Below, piece by piece: positions 38,317-47,900 of a stretch of DNA of 64,000 bases. The notes beneath the pieces were generated by a model. It was not told where the DNA came from. It searched no databases and was given only the letters and a program-made list of their open reading frames with translations. The position numbers were made by a program, and so were the translations under genes. Position 1 is the stretch's first letter, and every line of letters starts with the position of its first letter. Location of the stretch: the NCBI GenBank assembly GCA_041690595.1, contig JAWLHB010000008.1, positions 62,001-126,000 on the forward strand, in the 5' to 3' direction. Origin of the DNA: Lentisphaeria bacterium. GTDB lineage: Bacteria; Verrucomicrobiota; Lentisphaeria; JABSQK01; JAWLHB01.

Positions 38317-40146
38317 CTATTGTGATTCCTCCTCCATATTCTCATCGGCATCACGAAACTCGATTCCGGACAGTAAAAATCCGAATGGATCGCTGCCCGG
38401 GGCAGTGCTTTGAAAATGGGCGTAGCTGATGCCGTTCGGCCGACAATTGAGCAGGTCCAATGCTCTCTCTGCACCATCATCTACCGCCCAGGAAGCGGCT
38501 GCCAGGTCAGGGTCCTGACAGGATTTCCAACGGAGCGTGAGGAGATGGCGCTTCTCCGTGCTCAGCGCCTGGTGTCCGTTGATGCGACCGGCCGGATCGA
38601 TGTCGAGCAGATAGGCTGCATAAAGGGACACCGTCGGATCTTCCGGACTCACCCAGCGATCATGCAGAGATATCCGCGCGCCTTGGAATCCGGTTGCCAG
38701 GCGTAGTTGGCAACGGAGCGTCCCCGACGAAGCGGCGGGAAAGTTCCAGATGGCGCCCTGAGGTTCGTACAGCAGGCGCGGATCGGGATGCCGAGCTATC
38801 TGCAGTGCCTCGGACATCGGCTCGTCCGGGTCCGGGACCAGTTGCGGCCCTGGCCGTCGGTTGTGCGCACAATGGCCGCCATAGCCGTAGTTTTGCCCGG
38901 CAACGCCGCGAACCACCTGGTGGTGCGACCAGTTGACCAGGCCGCGCCCAAAGTCGTCGCTTCGTCTGCTTTCGTACAGCCAGTTCACATCGAAAATCAC
39001 CAGAAATCGACACTTTTCATGCTGCCCGACAGAGACCAGCACTTTGCCGTATGGCAGTTCTACGGCTTGACTCTGGTGTAGTCCTTTGTCGGCGCTGAGA
39101 TCGTTGCCGCCACTGCGACGATAGTCGCTATCGTTGCGCAGCGGATTGAGGAGCAGTTCTCTGAATCCACGCCAGGTTTCGCCGTCATCTTCCGAAATCG
39201 CCACATGAAATGCATTTCGATTAGTCAGGAATGCTCCCTTCATCCCTCGGCGAATGCTCTCCGCACACTCCGGCACCGATTCCCTGTCCTGTTCCGGCAA
39301 AACAGCGGCGTTGCACCAGAAGAGCATGATGCGGCCATCCTCGAGTCTCTTCAGCGTCGGCATTACCTGGCTGCCGGGAAAGCGCGAAGGTTCCGGCGCC
39401 GTCCACGTGACACCGCCGTCATCCGAGAAACTCTGGTTGAAGTACTCGTCGGCAGTGCGGGTCAGCATCCACAGACGACCATCGGATAGTTCAACCAACG
39501 TCGGTTCCTGATGCGGATCCGACCGCAACCACTTGTGCGGTGGGCGGATCGGAAAGGATGGTGGCGGGGGCACGTGGGCGGTATGCCAGTGTTCACCGTC
39601 GTCATCGGAATACAAGACAACGGCGACTCCCTTGGCGCAGCCGGCGATCAGTAGACGCCGCCGAGAGCGCATGGCGATAATCCCGCGCAGAGAGGAGAGC
39701 GTTCCATCGTACACCCGGCGAACCCGGAAGGGACCGTCTACATGATCGCCAAGGCATGCATAGGTACCTGGATCGGTCATGGAATTCGGTAGAAAACGCC
39801 AAGGACATTCTTCGACAGCACTGGAGACAATGGCTAACCAGCGGCCGCTGTAGGGGCTTTGGAATACCGCCCCCGGCGTGCCGGGGAGCATCGGTCTTTC
39901 CTGCCAGGAGAGACCGTTGTCCTGGCTGCGCATGTAGACGGGACGAATCTTCTCCGTATAGGTGGCCAGTCTCGGCCGCATGCTCAGCGGTACGGGAATG
40001 ACTCCATCCTTGGCCAGATAGCCACCATAGTGCCTGAGCTCACCGTCCGGTAACCGCATCAGATCGCGGCTGGCATTGGAGGGGGGAACCCCGACAATCC
40101 TTGGTTCATGGATTTCCTTCAGAAGTTTATCCGCATAGGATGGCAT
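38317..40146 (-). CDS. Asp-box (BNR) sialidase-family protein
   Basis: Asp boxes SQDNGLSW, SDDDGEHW, SDDGGVTW, SEDDGETW, plus EPTLVELSDGRLWMLTR. Confidence 0.82.
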   Translation of the reverse strand: MPSYADKLLKEIHEPRIVGVPPSNASRDLMRLPDGELRHYGGYLAKDGVIPVPLSMRPRLATYTEKIRPVYMRSQDNGLSWQERPMLPGTPGAVFQSPYSGRWLAIVSSAVEECPWRFLPNSMTDPGTYACLGDHVDGPFRVRRVYDGTLSSLRGIIAMRSRRRLLIAGCAKGVAVVLYSDDDGEHWHTAHVPPPPSFPIRPPHKWLRSDPHQEPTLVELSDGRLWMLTRTADEYFNQSFSDDGGVTWTAPEPSRFPGSQVMPTLKRLEDGRIMLFWCNAAVLPEQDRESVPECAESIRRGMKGAFLTNRNAFHVAISEDDGETWRGFRELLLNPLRNDSDYRRSGGNDLSADKGLHQSQAVELPYGKVLVSVGQHEKCRFLVIFDVNWLYESRRSDDFGRGLVNWSHHQVVRGVAGQNYGYGGHCAHNRRPGPQLVPDPDEPMSEALQIARHPDPRLLYEPQGAIWNFPAASSGTLRCQLRLATGFQGARISLHDRWVSPEDPTVSLYAAYLLDIDPAGRINGHQALSTEKRHLLTLRWKSCQDPDLAAASWAVDDGAERALDLLNCRPNGISYAHFQSTAPGSDPFGFLLSGIEFRDADENMEEESQ

Positions 40147-40309
40147 GATATCGCCTCGTTTGCTTTGATTGACCGCTCGCCTGGATGTATAAGCGCCATC
40201 TTCTCGATGATCTCAGAATCTAATCCAATCACCAGTGGATGCGAACCAAGCAGGTGTTGCGCTCCTTGCAGGAGCCTGTCGCCATGCCGTCACTCATGCT
40301 GGAGTTGAC

Positions 40310-42412
40310 CTATGGCGACAGCAGGAACAGCTTCGTGGCCCCGGATTCGCGAGGGATGACCAGGCTACCTTCATCCAGTATCAGCGTGCCGCCATCGAAA
40401 AGCTCTTCGGCCTGACGGGCGCGTCCACCTGGCAAGTGGATGACGGGAGCGGGATCATCCTGCATGTGGATGGACAGCAGGCGATTGTTGATGTAGACCG
40501 GGTCGCCCCCTTCGTAGTAGATATGAACACCGGCCCGACGGGCGATTTCGCGGTAGATGGCCGCGGGCAGGTTGCCGACGGCGCTATACCAGGCGGTATG
40601 CGTTGCCAGTTCCTTGGAAGCCAGGGCCGGGGCACCGTCTGCTCGGTAACAGGCGTGGATCGCCGCCTCGGAATCGCTGATCTCGAAAAGCGGGGCTACC
40701 GGTGCGCTGAACCCATAATGGAGGCCGGCGGGCAGCCTGCCGAAAAAGCCTGACGGCGCAACGACGACCTCACTATCCTCCACCATGCGGCGCTTGACGC
40801 CGATGCCGGTCGTTGCCTGAATAGCCTCCACGGAGAATCCGTCGTCATGCGGATAACCGGGAGCATAAAACCAGAGCACGCTTCGGCCGTCGCTCTTGAC
40901 CTTTGTCTCGATGAAGCGTTGCGTTTTTGCTGAAATGCGAAAGGCGTTGAGAAAGATGATCAACCGGTATTGACCAAGCGGCAGTTGGTCGTGCTCCAGA
41001 TCGGAGAAAGTGTAGAGGTCGTAGGGGGCGCCCAGGCGGTTCAGTTCGTCCGGTGGCCGAACCAGCAGATCAGTGGCCAGTGGGGAGAATGCCTGCACGT
41101 CGTACATCGACTCGGGGTCGGCAAACACGGCGATCTCGGCGACGGTCCGCAGGGGTATGTCGTGCAGCCGTTGCTGAATGCGAACCATCTTGGCGACTTC
41201 GTCCATGAGCGCCGGGTCGTAATAGAACCCCCCAAAGAAATCGAACCACCAGAGGCCAGTTTGCTTGATCCGGGTCATGGCAAATTCCCGCCGCAGCACC
41301 ATGCGCGATTGGAATTCGTCCCGCAGGCAATTGTCGCTGCCCGGATAGGGGCGCCCGTTCTCGGCGGTGGGCGGAGCGACATGGGTGCGATGATCGATCT
41401 CCTGAAAGAAGAGCTTGTCACGCAGACCGATGGAATCAACCGTGGCCAGGAAGCCGCTGGCGCCCTCGAATTCGCGCGGCGCACCATACTTGGCCGGGGC
41501 AAAGATCATGTCGATATCCGGTGAGTTCCAGACCGGTTCGTAGGCAAGCTGACCTTCTTCGAGCAGTCGCTTGCCGCCGAGCTGAACCAGGTACCCGTAG
41601 AAGAGGCCGAGCAGCTTGCGATGCTGAAGCACCTCTTGTGCCTGTTTGGCGAAAAAGAGTATGGCATCGGCGATGATGCCGTGATGAAAGCGCCAGTAGT
41701 GGCGGGCGTCGGCATCCTCTACCGGATCGCGAAATACACCGTGGCTGGTGCGGTGGAGGACGTCGAGCGGGATCAGCCGAGCCTCCGGATCGCCGGTGAA
41801 ACGGCGGTAGCTGGCCTCCTTGAGCGGATGCGGGCGAATGACGGCGTCGGCCTTGCTGGACTGGGAGTTGGTGTACCACTCGGTGGAACCGCCGCAGAAG
41901 AGAGTGTAGGCAAAGACACGGTCGCCATACTTGCTTTCAAAGTAATGCAGCATGTCGCGCAGATAGCGCGTGGTGATCTCCCGCCAGGTGCTCTCCCCGG
42001 CCATTTCGACCAGGTTCCGAAAGGTGTTCGATGCTTCAGGATGCGCCTTCAGATACCAGTCGCGGGTGTCAAGCTGAAGCATGATGTTGAAACACGCATC
42101 CGGCGCCTCGTTGAGGAACACCTCCATTTGTCGGTCGATCGTCGCGAAATTGTACTGCCCCGGCCCTTCCCAGATCTCCCCGTACCTGGAATACGGAACA
42201 TCGAGGGTGCAGTTGAGCCCGCTGTGCAGGATGCTCATGAGGCGAACGCCAGCCTGATAGAAGTCGCGGACGTTGCGGGGCTCGGCGCGGAAAGAACGAA
42301 AGGCCAGCGGATCATAGACGGTATCCCTGATCCGTATCTTGAGCGTGCCCTGATGCCGGACCACTTCAGCGGTCAGCGGGGAGAGCCTGGCGGCTTGACC
42401 ATGTTGTGTCAT
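40310..42412 (-). CDS. GH42-like TIM-barrel glycoside hydrolase with trimerisation-like domain
   Basis: GPGQYNFATID, GGSTEWY, FQEIDHRT, GLWWFD, LGAPYDLY...YRLIIFLNAF, ARRAGVHIY. Confidence 0.7.
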   Translation of the reverse strand: MTQHGQAARLSPLTAEVVRHQGTLKIRIRDTVYDPLAFRSFRAEPRNVRDFYQAGVRLMSILHSGLNCTLDVPYSRYGEIWEGPGQYNFATIDRQMEVFLNEAPDACFNIMLQLDTRDWYLKAHPEASNTFRNLVEMAGESTWREITTRYLRDMLHYFESKYGDRVFAYTLFCGGSTEWYTNSQSSKADAVIRPHPLKEASYRRFTGDPEARLIPLDVLHRTSHGVFRDPVEDADARHYWRFHHGIIADAILFFAKQAQEVLQHRKLLGLFYGYLVQLGGKRLLEEGQLAYEPVWNSPDIDMIFAPAKYGAPREFEGASGFLATVDSIGLRDKLFFQEIDHRTHVAPPTAENGRPYPGSDNCLRDEFQSRMVLRREFAMTRIKQTGLWWFDFFGGFYYDPALMDEVAKMVRIQQRLHDIPLRTVAEIAVFADPESMYDVQAFSPLATDLLVRPPDELNRLGAPYDLYTFSDLEHDQLPLGQYRLIIFLNAFRISAKTQRFIETKVKSDGRSVLWFYAPGYPHDDGFSVEAIQATTGIGVKRRMVEDSEVVVAPSGFFGRLPAGLHYGFSAPVAPLFEISDSEAAIHACYRADGAPALASKELATHTAWYSAVGNLPAAIYREIARRAGVHIYYEGGDPVYINNRLLSIHMQDDPAPVIHLPGGRARQAEELFDGGTLILDEGSLVIPRESGATKLFLLSP

Positions 42413-42567
42413 GTGCAGCTACTCTTCTGGATTGGTGCGGTGGGGCATGAGGCCCCGGTCTTTCCGGACGACGAAGAATTCGTAAGCATAGTACTCGGCT
42501 CGGCATGGCGCCGGTGCAACTCGGGCTCCTGGGCGAGTTTATCGAGCACGGCGAGTGCTTCGCCGTC

Positions 42568-42905
42568 GGCCGCAAACGTGCCGCCCTGACTGTCCGCATG
42601 TCGCCCACGATATGCTCGCACTCCGGGTTGAGACGCCGGCTCTGCGCCAGCATGGCGGGCGCGATATCCACAAGTGTACAGGTCAGCGCCAACTTGAGAT
42701 GCGCCGCATCGTGCCCCCCACCGCTGCCAAGATCCAGCAGGGTGCGCGGTGTCCGCCGGCAGTGGGTTGCGAAGAGGCGAAGGTAGAAAGCCGCTTCCTC
42801 GGCATAATCGTCAACTGGCGTCAGCAGTGGATACCACGCCGCCATGTCGCTGTACAGCCGCGGCACCTGCCCATCTCTTGAGTATTCCGCTGATCCATGG
42901 TTCAT
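42568..42905 (-). pseudogene. Truncated, frameshifted class I SAM-dependent methyltransferase
   Basis: LYSDMAAWYPLL..DYAEEA..LLDLGSGGG..LVDIAPAMLAQSRRLNPECEHIVGDMRTVR. The expected LGxxFDAV appears only as GGTFAA in another frame and the C-terminal half is absent. Confidence 0.7.
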
Positions 42906-43135
42906 GTCAGACTCCGCGGTCAAACGCACGCCCCGCCAAGTTCAGGCGTTGTGGTCGTCCTCATATTCCCGATCGAAAACATTAACCACCAAAGATGCCC
43001 CGTCAAGCAGGACGTTCCCGTTCGATCATCGGTCATTCATACTGCCGCCATGTGGACCTCCGTGCCGCTTCCACCGAGAATCCCCCGCAGGCTTACGGGG
43101 GTGAACCAGTGCACTGCTGGATAGTGCCAGAAACC

Positions 43136-43202
43136 AGCAAAAATCTTTTGCTTTCATCCTTGACATTCGCTTTGACGCGACTAATTTGACTGCACCGGTG
43201 CA
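43136..43202 (+). promoter_or_regulatory. Sigma70-like promoter bracketed by two palindromes
   Basis: AGCAAAA-ATC-TTTTGCT (43136-43152), TTGACA-16-TAATTT (43160-43187), TGCACCGGTGCA (43191-43202). Confidence 0.55.
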
Positions 43203-43240
43203 CCACTCATAGCCCGCCTTCTTACACCAGATCCTTCCCC

Positions 43241-44359
43241 GTGAAAGCATCCCGCCCCCGTACCGAAAGCGTTCAAGCCCATGTGGAGAACTACATCCGG
43301 CGGCATCGGCTTGTCCCTGGAGACCCAGTGCCATCCAACCGTGAGCTGATGCGGAGCCTGGAAGTCAGCCAGACGACTGTAACCACCGCCATGCGTGAGC
43401 TCGTAGCGCGCGGCATCCTGATCCGCCGCCATGGACGGCCACTGGAAGTGGCACCGACTCACCAGCAGGACCGTGGTACCGTGGCTGTCGTCATTCCCGC
43501 AACCCCTCTGCGCTACTACTTCGACATCATCGACGGACTCGAAGGACAGTTGTCCGACATGGGCTACCAGCTGTCGGTCGTCTACCAGCGGCAGTTCTTT
43601 TCCGCCGATTCGTGGCAGCTCTTCGAACGGCTGGGTCATCTCAACCTGCGGGCCGTCGTCTTGACCGTATTGGAAGATGTCGCCGCAATCCTGGATTTTC
43701 GCCAACGCTGCCCAGGCGTGGCCGTCATGCTGATGGACAGTGCCATCGACGGACCGGTCCATGAGGCGATCAGCGACAACGCCGAAGGTGGCCGCCTGGT
43801 GGGCCGGCACTTAATGGAACAGGGCTGCCGGCGACTTCTGTACATCGGCAGTTGGGAAGGCCCCGCCTATACGTGCGAGGAACGGCTGCGCGGTCTGCGC
43901 GCTGCATGGCGAGACGCCAACCGGAACCCGGACGACATCCGCGTCATCCAGTCTTCCAATACCCGCGAGCGAGCCCGGCTAATGATCGGAGAACGACTGG
44001 ACAAGGATGGTCTCGACTTCGATGGCGTCTTCGCCTATATGGACCTCGCCGCCGCCGGAGCATGCGACGCGTTGCTGGACCGTGGCATCCGCATCCCGGA
44101 GCAGGTCAAGGTCGCGGGCTTCAGCAATCTCGCCGAGCTGCACGATTGTCCAGTGCCGCTGACCAGCGTCGAGCAACACGTCCGCGAATTGGCCAGCCAT
44201 GGAGCCCGCGAGCTGGTGCTCGCCATGGAATCTCCCGAGCCGCGGCTGGTGCGGCTGTTGCGACCGGTCACACTTGTGGCGCGTCGATCCACCACGATGA
44301 ATGCCGCCGCCACCCACACACCTTTCGATGTCCCTGAAACTGCTGCCGTCCTGACTTAG
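43241..44359 (+). CDS. GntR-HTH / LacI-type transcriptional regulator
   Basis: [77 protein letters not shown] start. Confidence 0.9.
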   Translation: MKASRPRTESVQAHVENYIRRHRLVPGDPVPSNRELMRSLEVSQTTVTTAMRELVARGILIRRHGRPLEVAPTHQQDRGTVAVVIPATPLRYYFDIIDGLEGQLSDMGYQLSVVYQRQFFSADSWQLFERLGHLNLRAVVLTVLEDVAAILDFRQRCPGVAVMLMDSAIDGPVHEAISDNAEGGRLVGRHLMEQGCRRLLYIGSWEGPAYTCEERLRGLRAAWRDANRNPDDIRVIQSSNTRERARLMIGERLDKDGLDFDGVFAYMDLAAAGACDALLDRGIRIPEQVKVAGFSNLAELHDCPVPLTSVEQHVRELASHGARELVLAMESPEPRLVRLLRPVTLVARRSTTMNAAATHTPFDVPETAAVLT

Positions 44360-44385
44360 ACGAACCTTCCTCCAAGGAGAGCCAC

Positions 44386-45027
44386 ATGATGACCCTCAGA
44401 AGAGCCGCTGCAGATCGAGAATTCACCCTGATCGAACTACTGGTCGTGGTCGCTATTATTGCTATCCTGGCCAGTATGCTGATGCCGGCCCTGTCCAAGG
44501 CCAGGGAAAGTGCCCGGATGGCCAGTTGCGCCAACAACTTGAAGCAATGCGGGCTTGCCAGCACCCTCTATCAGGATGATTTCGACGACTGGTTCATCAT
44601 GTCCCGCGAACTGCCAAGCTGGTATTTCTGGTATCGGGAGCCATTCATGATGGCCTATACGCCGAAGAGCACGTTCTACTGCCCCAGCAACCAGCGGACC
44701 AACAGCACCGGCACCCGCTACTACGGCTACGGCTACAGCCGTCACTTCTCCGATGGGGCCAGCTATATCCCCCGCCATCGATCGAACCAGGTGCCCAACC
44801 CTGCTACCCGCCACCTGATGATCGATGTCAACGTCACCCTCTCTACCTATAACTGGTACGATTATTGGACACTACGCGACACCGGCAAGCAGCCCCAGAT
44901 CTTTACCAGTCATGACGGTGGTCGCGCCAATGTCCTTTTCGCCGACGGGCACGTCGGCGGCTATCGTGTCAAGGAGGCGATCATGCTTTCCGCCGACGCC
45001 GGCTATGGCGCCAACATGTGGCATTAG
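44386..45027 (+). CDS. Prepilin-type / DUF1559 / H-X9-DG protein no. 2
   Basis: [69 protein letters not shown]. Confidence 0.93.
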   Translation: MMTLRRAAADREFTLIELLVVVAIIAILASMLMPALSKARESARMASCANNLKQCGLASTLYQDDFDDWFIMSRELPSWYFWYREPFMMAYTPKSTFYCPSNQRTNSTGTRYYGYGYSRHFSDGASYIPRHRSNQVPNPATRHLMIDVNVTLSTYNWYDYWTLRDTGKQPQIFTSHDGGRANVLFADGHVGGYRVKEAIMLSADAGYGANMWH

Positions 45028-45038
45028 GAGCCCCGATC

Positions 45039-47900
45039 ATGCCCGACACTAATCCATTTGCCAGGCTGACGGGGCTGCTTGCCCTTCTGACGGCCATGTC
45101 ACTCCTCGCCGGTGAACCCGATCTGCTGCTGACCACGCAACCAGGAGCATCGGTGAAGGCGACCGCCAGCGGCTATTACTTCGCGGGTCAGGAATTGCCG
45201 ACCGACAAGACGCTGGCGCCGACCACCGGCTGGTATCCGTTGCCCCTGCCGGACGACGCGGGGCGCCTGCTGGCGGACGGCTTGCTGACGTGGGAGAGCG
45301 CCATCAAGACCCACTTCCGCGGCAATCAGCCGAAACAGCTGGTGATCGCGGTAGATCTTGGTCGCCCCTGCCGGATTGCCCGAATCGAGGCCTGGGCAGT
45401 TGGCGGCCAACAGCAAGGCAACGAGATCCAGCAAGTCGCCGTCGACTACGGCCTGCGCCTCTCCGCCGGCGAGCCATGGGACGGTCACTGCCAAGCGGCC
45501 AACCCCAAGGAACCGGACGCGTCCGCCGAGACCCCTTACGCCATCGCCCTGACCGACTTCGCCCTGCCGGCGCGGTATATTCGAGTCATCTGCGAAAGCC
45601 GAGCGCCGATGATGGTATTGGGCGAGCTGAAGGTCTTCGGCAGGCCGATCGCCACGCCACCAACAGATGCGATCCCTCCAGAGACATTGCGCTTCGAGGC
45701 GGAGTGCATCGAGGGAGCGGTAAGCATGAAGAATGACAGTCTGCTGGACAACCACGGCATCTATATCCACGACAACCGCCTGCTGGTGGATCTTCCTGAC
45801 ACCCCGCCCCGTTATACCTGGATCCGCTATTTCGATAACGGCCAACGGACCATGGACGTAACGCTGGCGGGGCAGACGGTGTCGCTGCCCAGTTCCCCCG
45901 GCTGGCTCTGGCAGCGGTTGCCGGGGATGGTGGCAGGCGAGACGGAATTGCGGCTCCTGCGCACCGGCAAGCATGCCCCGCTTGTCGATGCGCTGCTCTT
46001 CACACCAGAGGCGGCTTTCGATCCCACTGAAATCACCCAGATGGACGCCTTCATGCAATTGCCTGTCGTGCTGCCGGTGGCCGGGCCCGCCAAGCGATTG
46101 TGGCAGGACCGCGGCGAAGCACTGGGACCGGTTGCCTGGGCACAGGCCGTCCGCGAGTTGTACGGCTATCCACCTGCCGCACCGCGTGCACCCGTGGTGG
46201 ATGCCTTTGGCAACCTGCTGATCGATGGCCAGCCGCGCTTTCTGCTAAGCTTCTACCATGTGGGACCGGCCGATCCGCGCCTGGCTGGCGTGCCGGTCAA
46301 TGCCGCCATGAGCGGTAGTCCCGATTGGGCCGATTTCGCGCGCCATGACCTCGACTGCATACTCAGCTATCATAGCCAATGGCGGGCTTACGATGTCATT
46401 GCCGACCTTCTCAAAGACAACGCCGACCATCCGCGCCTGGCCCTGCATTACATCTGCGACGAGCCGGAAAACGTCCATGTCAGCGTCGCCGAATTGACCC
46501 GCCTCAACGCTCTCGTCCAGACCTTGTCCCCCCGCCAGCCCACCTTCATCAACGTATCGCCCAACATGGCAGGCAACCGAGGGGTGCTGGGCATTCCCGA
46601 CGTCGTCGGTCTCGACCAGTACCCGATTCCAGGCGGCCGCCTGGCGGATATCGGTTTCAATCTTGATCTGGCCCGCCTCTCTTCAGGCGGCAAGCCGGTG
46701 ATCTTCGTTGTCCAGACCTTCTCGTGGGCTGCGTACGATCGTCCCAGCGGCCGCTATCCAACCGCGGAAGAAGTGCGGGTCATGGCGATGCTCGCGCTTG
46801 TCCACCAGGCGCGCGGATTGTGGTTCTACGAGTTTCCTGCCCCAAAGATGAGCAGCCCCACCTATCTCGGCGACATTCAGCCGGAACTGTGGGCCGACTT
46901 GATGCTCCTGCTGGAAGAGGTGCAGGCGTTGATTCCGGTGCTGACCGGCCCCGAGACCATCCTGCCGTTCACGGTGACGTCGGTGAGCGGCAAGCCCGTG
47001 GAGTTGCGCCTGGCGATCAGTGCCGACCGTCAGCAGGCAGTCCTGTTGGCCGCCCATCCCTGGCCAGAGGGCAGTGCTGTGCAACTCGATTTCTCCAATG
47101 GGCCGCTGGCCGAGGCCACCTTTACCCCCCGCTTCGCCGCCGCTGGTACCGACCTGCGACAAACCGCACCGGGGCAGGCCCGCCTGACACTGCCCGCTCA
47201 CGGCTCGGCCACCTTCGACGTGGACGGCGCCGCTCTGGACCAGATAGTCTTCCTGACCGGCGATGCCGCGATTGCGGCCCTGACCGAAAAGCTGTCCACA
47301 AGCACGGATCGCCCCATCGCCAAGGTCCCGGCGATGGCGGGCAGCCAGCCACCCGACGAAGCGACCTGGCAACAAGCGCTCGACCTGCTCGACACCTGGC
47401 GCTCCACCAACCGGCCAGATGCCGCCCAGGCAATCGCCAGGGACAACGGCCTCCACCTGCGGATCATCACCCGCTTCCCGAAGGACAAGAAGGCCACACA
47501 CCTGACCCGCGACAGCGCGGTCTGGGCCGATCCGTGCATCGAGCTTTTTCTGGGCAATCCCGCTACTCGGCGTTATGCCCAACTGGTCGTCAACATCGCC
47601 AACGTCCAGCTCGACCAAGCGGTCATTCCGGAAGCCGCCGCGGGACAGGATCTGACTGTGGACTACTCGTGGAGCAGCCAGGTGACGGCGGGCAGCGAGC
47701 TTGCCGACTACCGGCTGGTTATCCCCTGGGAAGAGCTGCGCCGCATGACCGGCACTGAACCCGGTGCGCCCATCCTCTTCAACCTTGCCTCTGGCACATC
47801 CCGCTGGGACTGGGCCGGCCTGACCGGCGGCGGCTATCATCTGCCGTGGAAGTTCGGCCTGCTGCACCTTCCCCAAGTCAACGCCGCGGCGGCCCCATGA
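45039..47900 (+). CDS. Large secreted modular protein: discoidin-like, GH-like TIM barrel, CBM9-like
   Basis: Signal peptide. VDLGRPCRIARIE...ARYIRV...LGELKVFG, YICDEPE, VGLDQYPI, ARGLWFYEF, RDSAVWADPCIELFL...LVIPWEEL. Confidence 0.7.
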   Translation: MPDTNPFARLTGLLALLTAMSLLAGEPDLLLTTQPGASVKATASGYYFAGQELPTDKTLAPTTGWYPLPLPDDAGRLLADGLLTWESAIKTHFRGNQPKQLVIAVDLGRPCRIARIEAWAVGGQQQGNEIQQVAVDYGLRLSAGEPWDGHCQAANPKEPDASAETPYAIALTDFALPARYIRVICESRAPMMVLGELKVFGRPIATPPTDAIPPETLRFEAECIEGAVSMKNDSLLDNHGIYIHDNRLLVDLPDTPPRYTWIRYFDNGQRTMDVTLAGQTVSLPSSPGWLWQRLPGMVAGETELRLLRTGKHAPLVDALLFTPEAAFDPTEITQMDAFMQLPVVLPVAGPAKRLWQDRGEALGPVAWAQAVRELYGYPPAAPRAPVVDAFGNLLIDGQPRFLLSFYHVGPADPRLAGVPVNAAMSGSPDWADFARHDLDCILSYHSQWRAYDVIADLLKDNADHPRLALHYICDEPENVHVSVAELTRLNALVQTLSPRQPTFINVSPNMAGNRGVLGIPDVVGLDQYPIPGGRLADIGFNLDLARLSSGGKPVIFVVQTFSWAAYDRPSGRYPTAEEVRVMAMLALVHQARGLWFYEFPAPKMSSPTYLGDIQPELWADLMLLLEEVQALIPVLTGPETILPFTVTSVSGKPVELRLAISADRQQAVLLAAHPWPEGSAVQLDFSNGPLAEATFTPRFAAAGTDLRQTAPGQARLTLPAHGSATFDVDGAALDQIVFLTGDAAIAALTEKLSTSTDRPIAKVPAMAGSQPPDEATWQQALDLLDTWRSTNRPDAAQAIARDNGLHLRIITRFPKDKKATHLTRDSAVWADPCIELFLGNPATRRYAQLVVNIANVQLDQAVIPEAAAGQDLTVDYSWSSQVTAGSELADYRLVIPWEELRRMTGTEPGAPILFNLASGTSRWDWAGLTGGGYHLPWKFGLLHLPQVNAAAAP

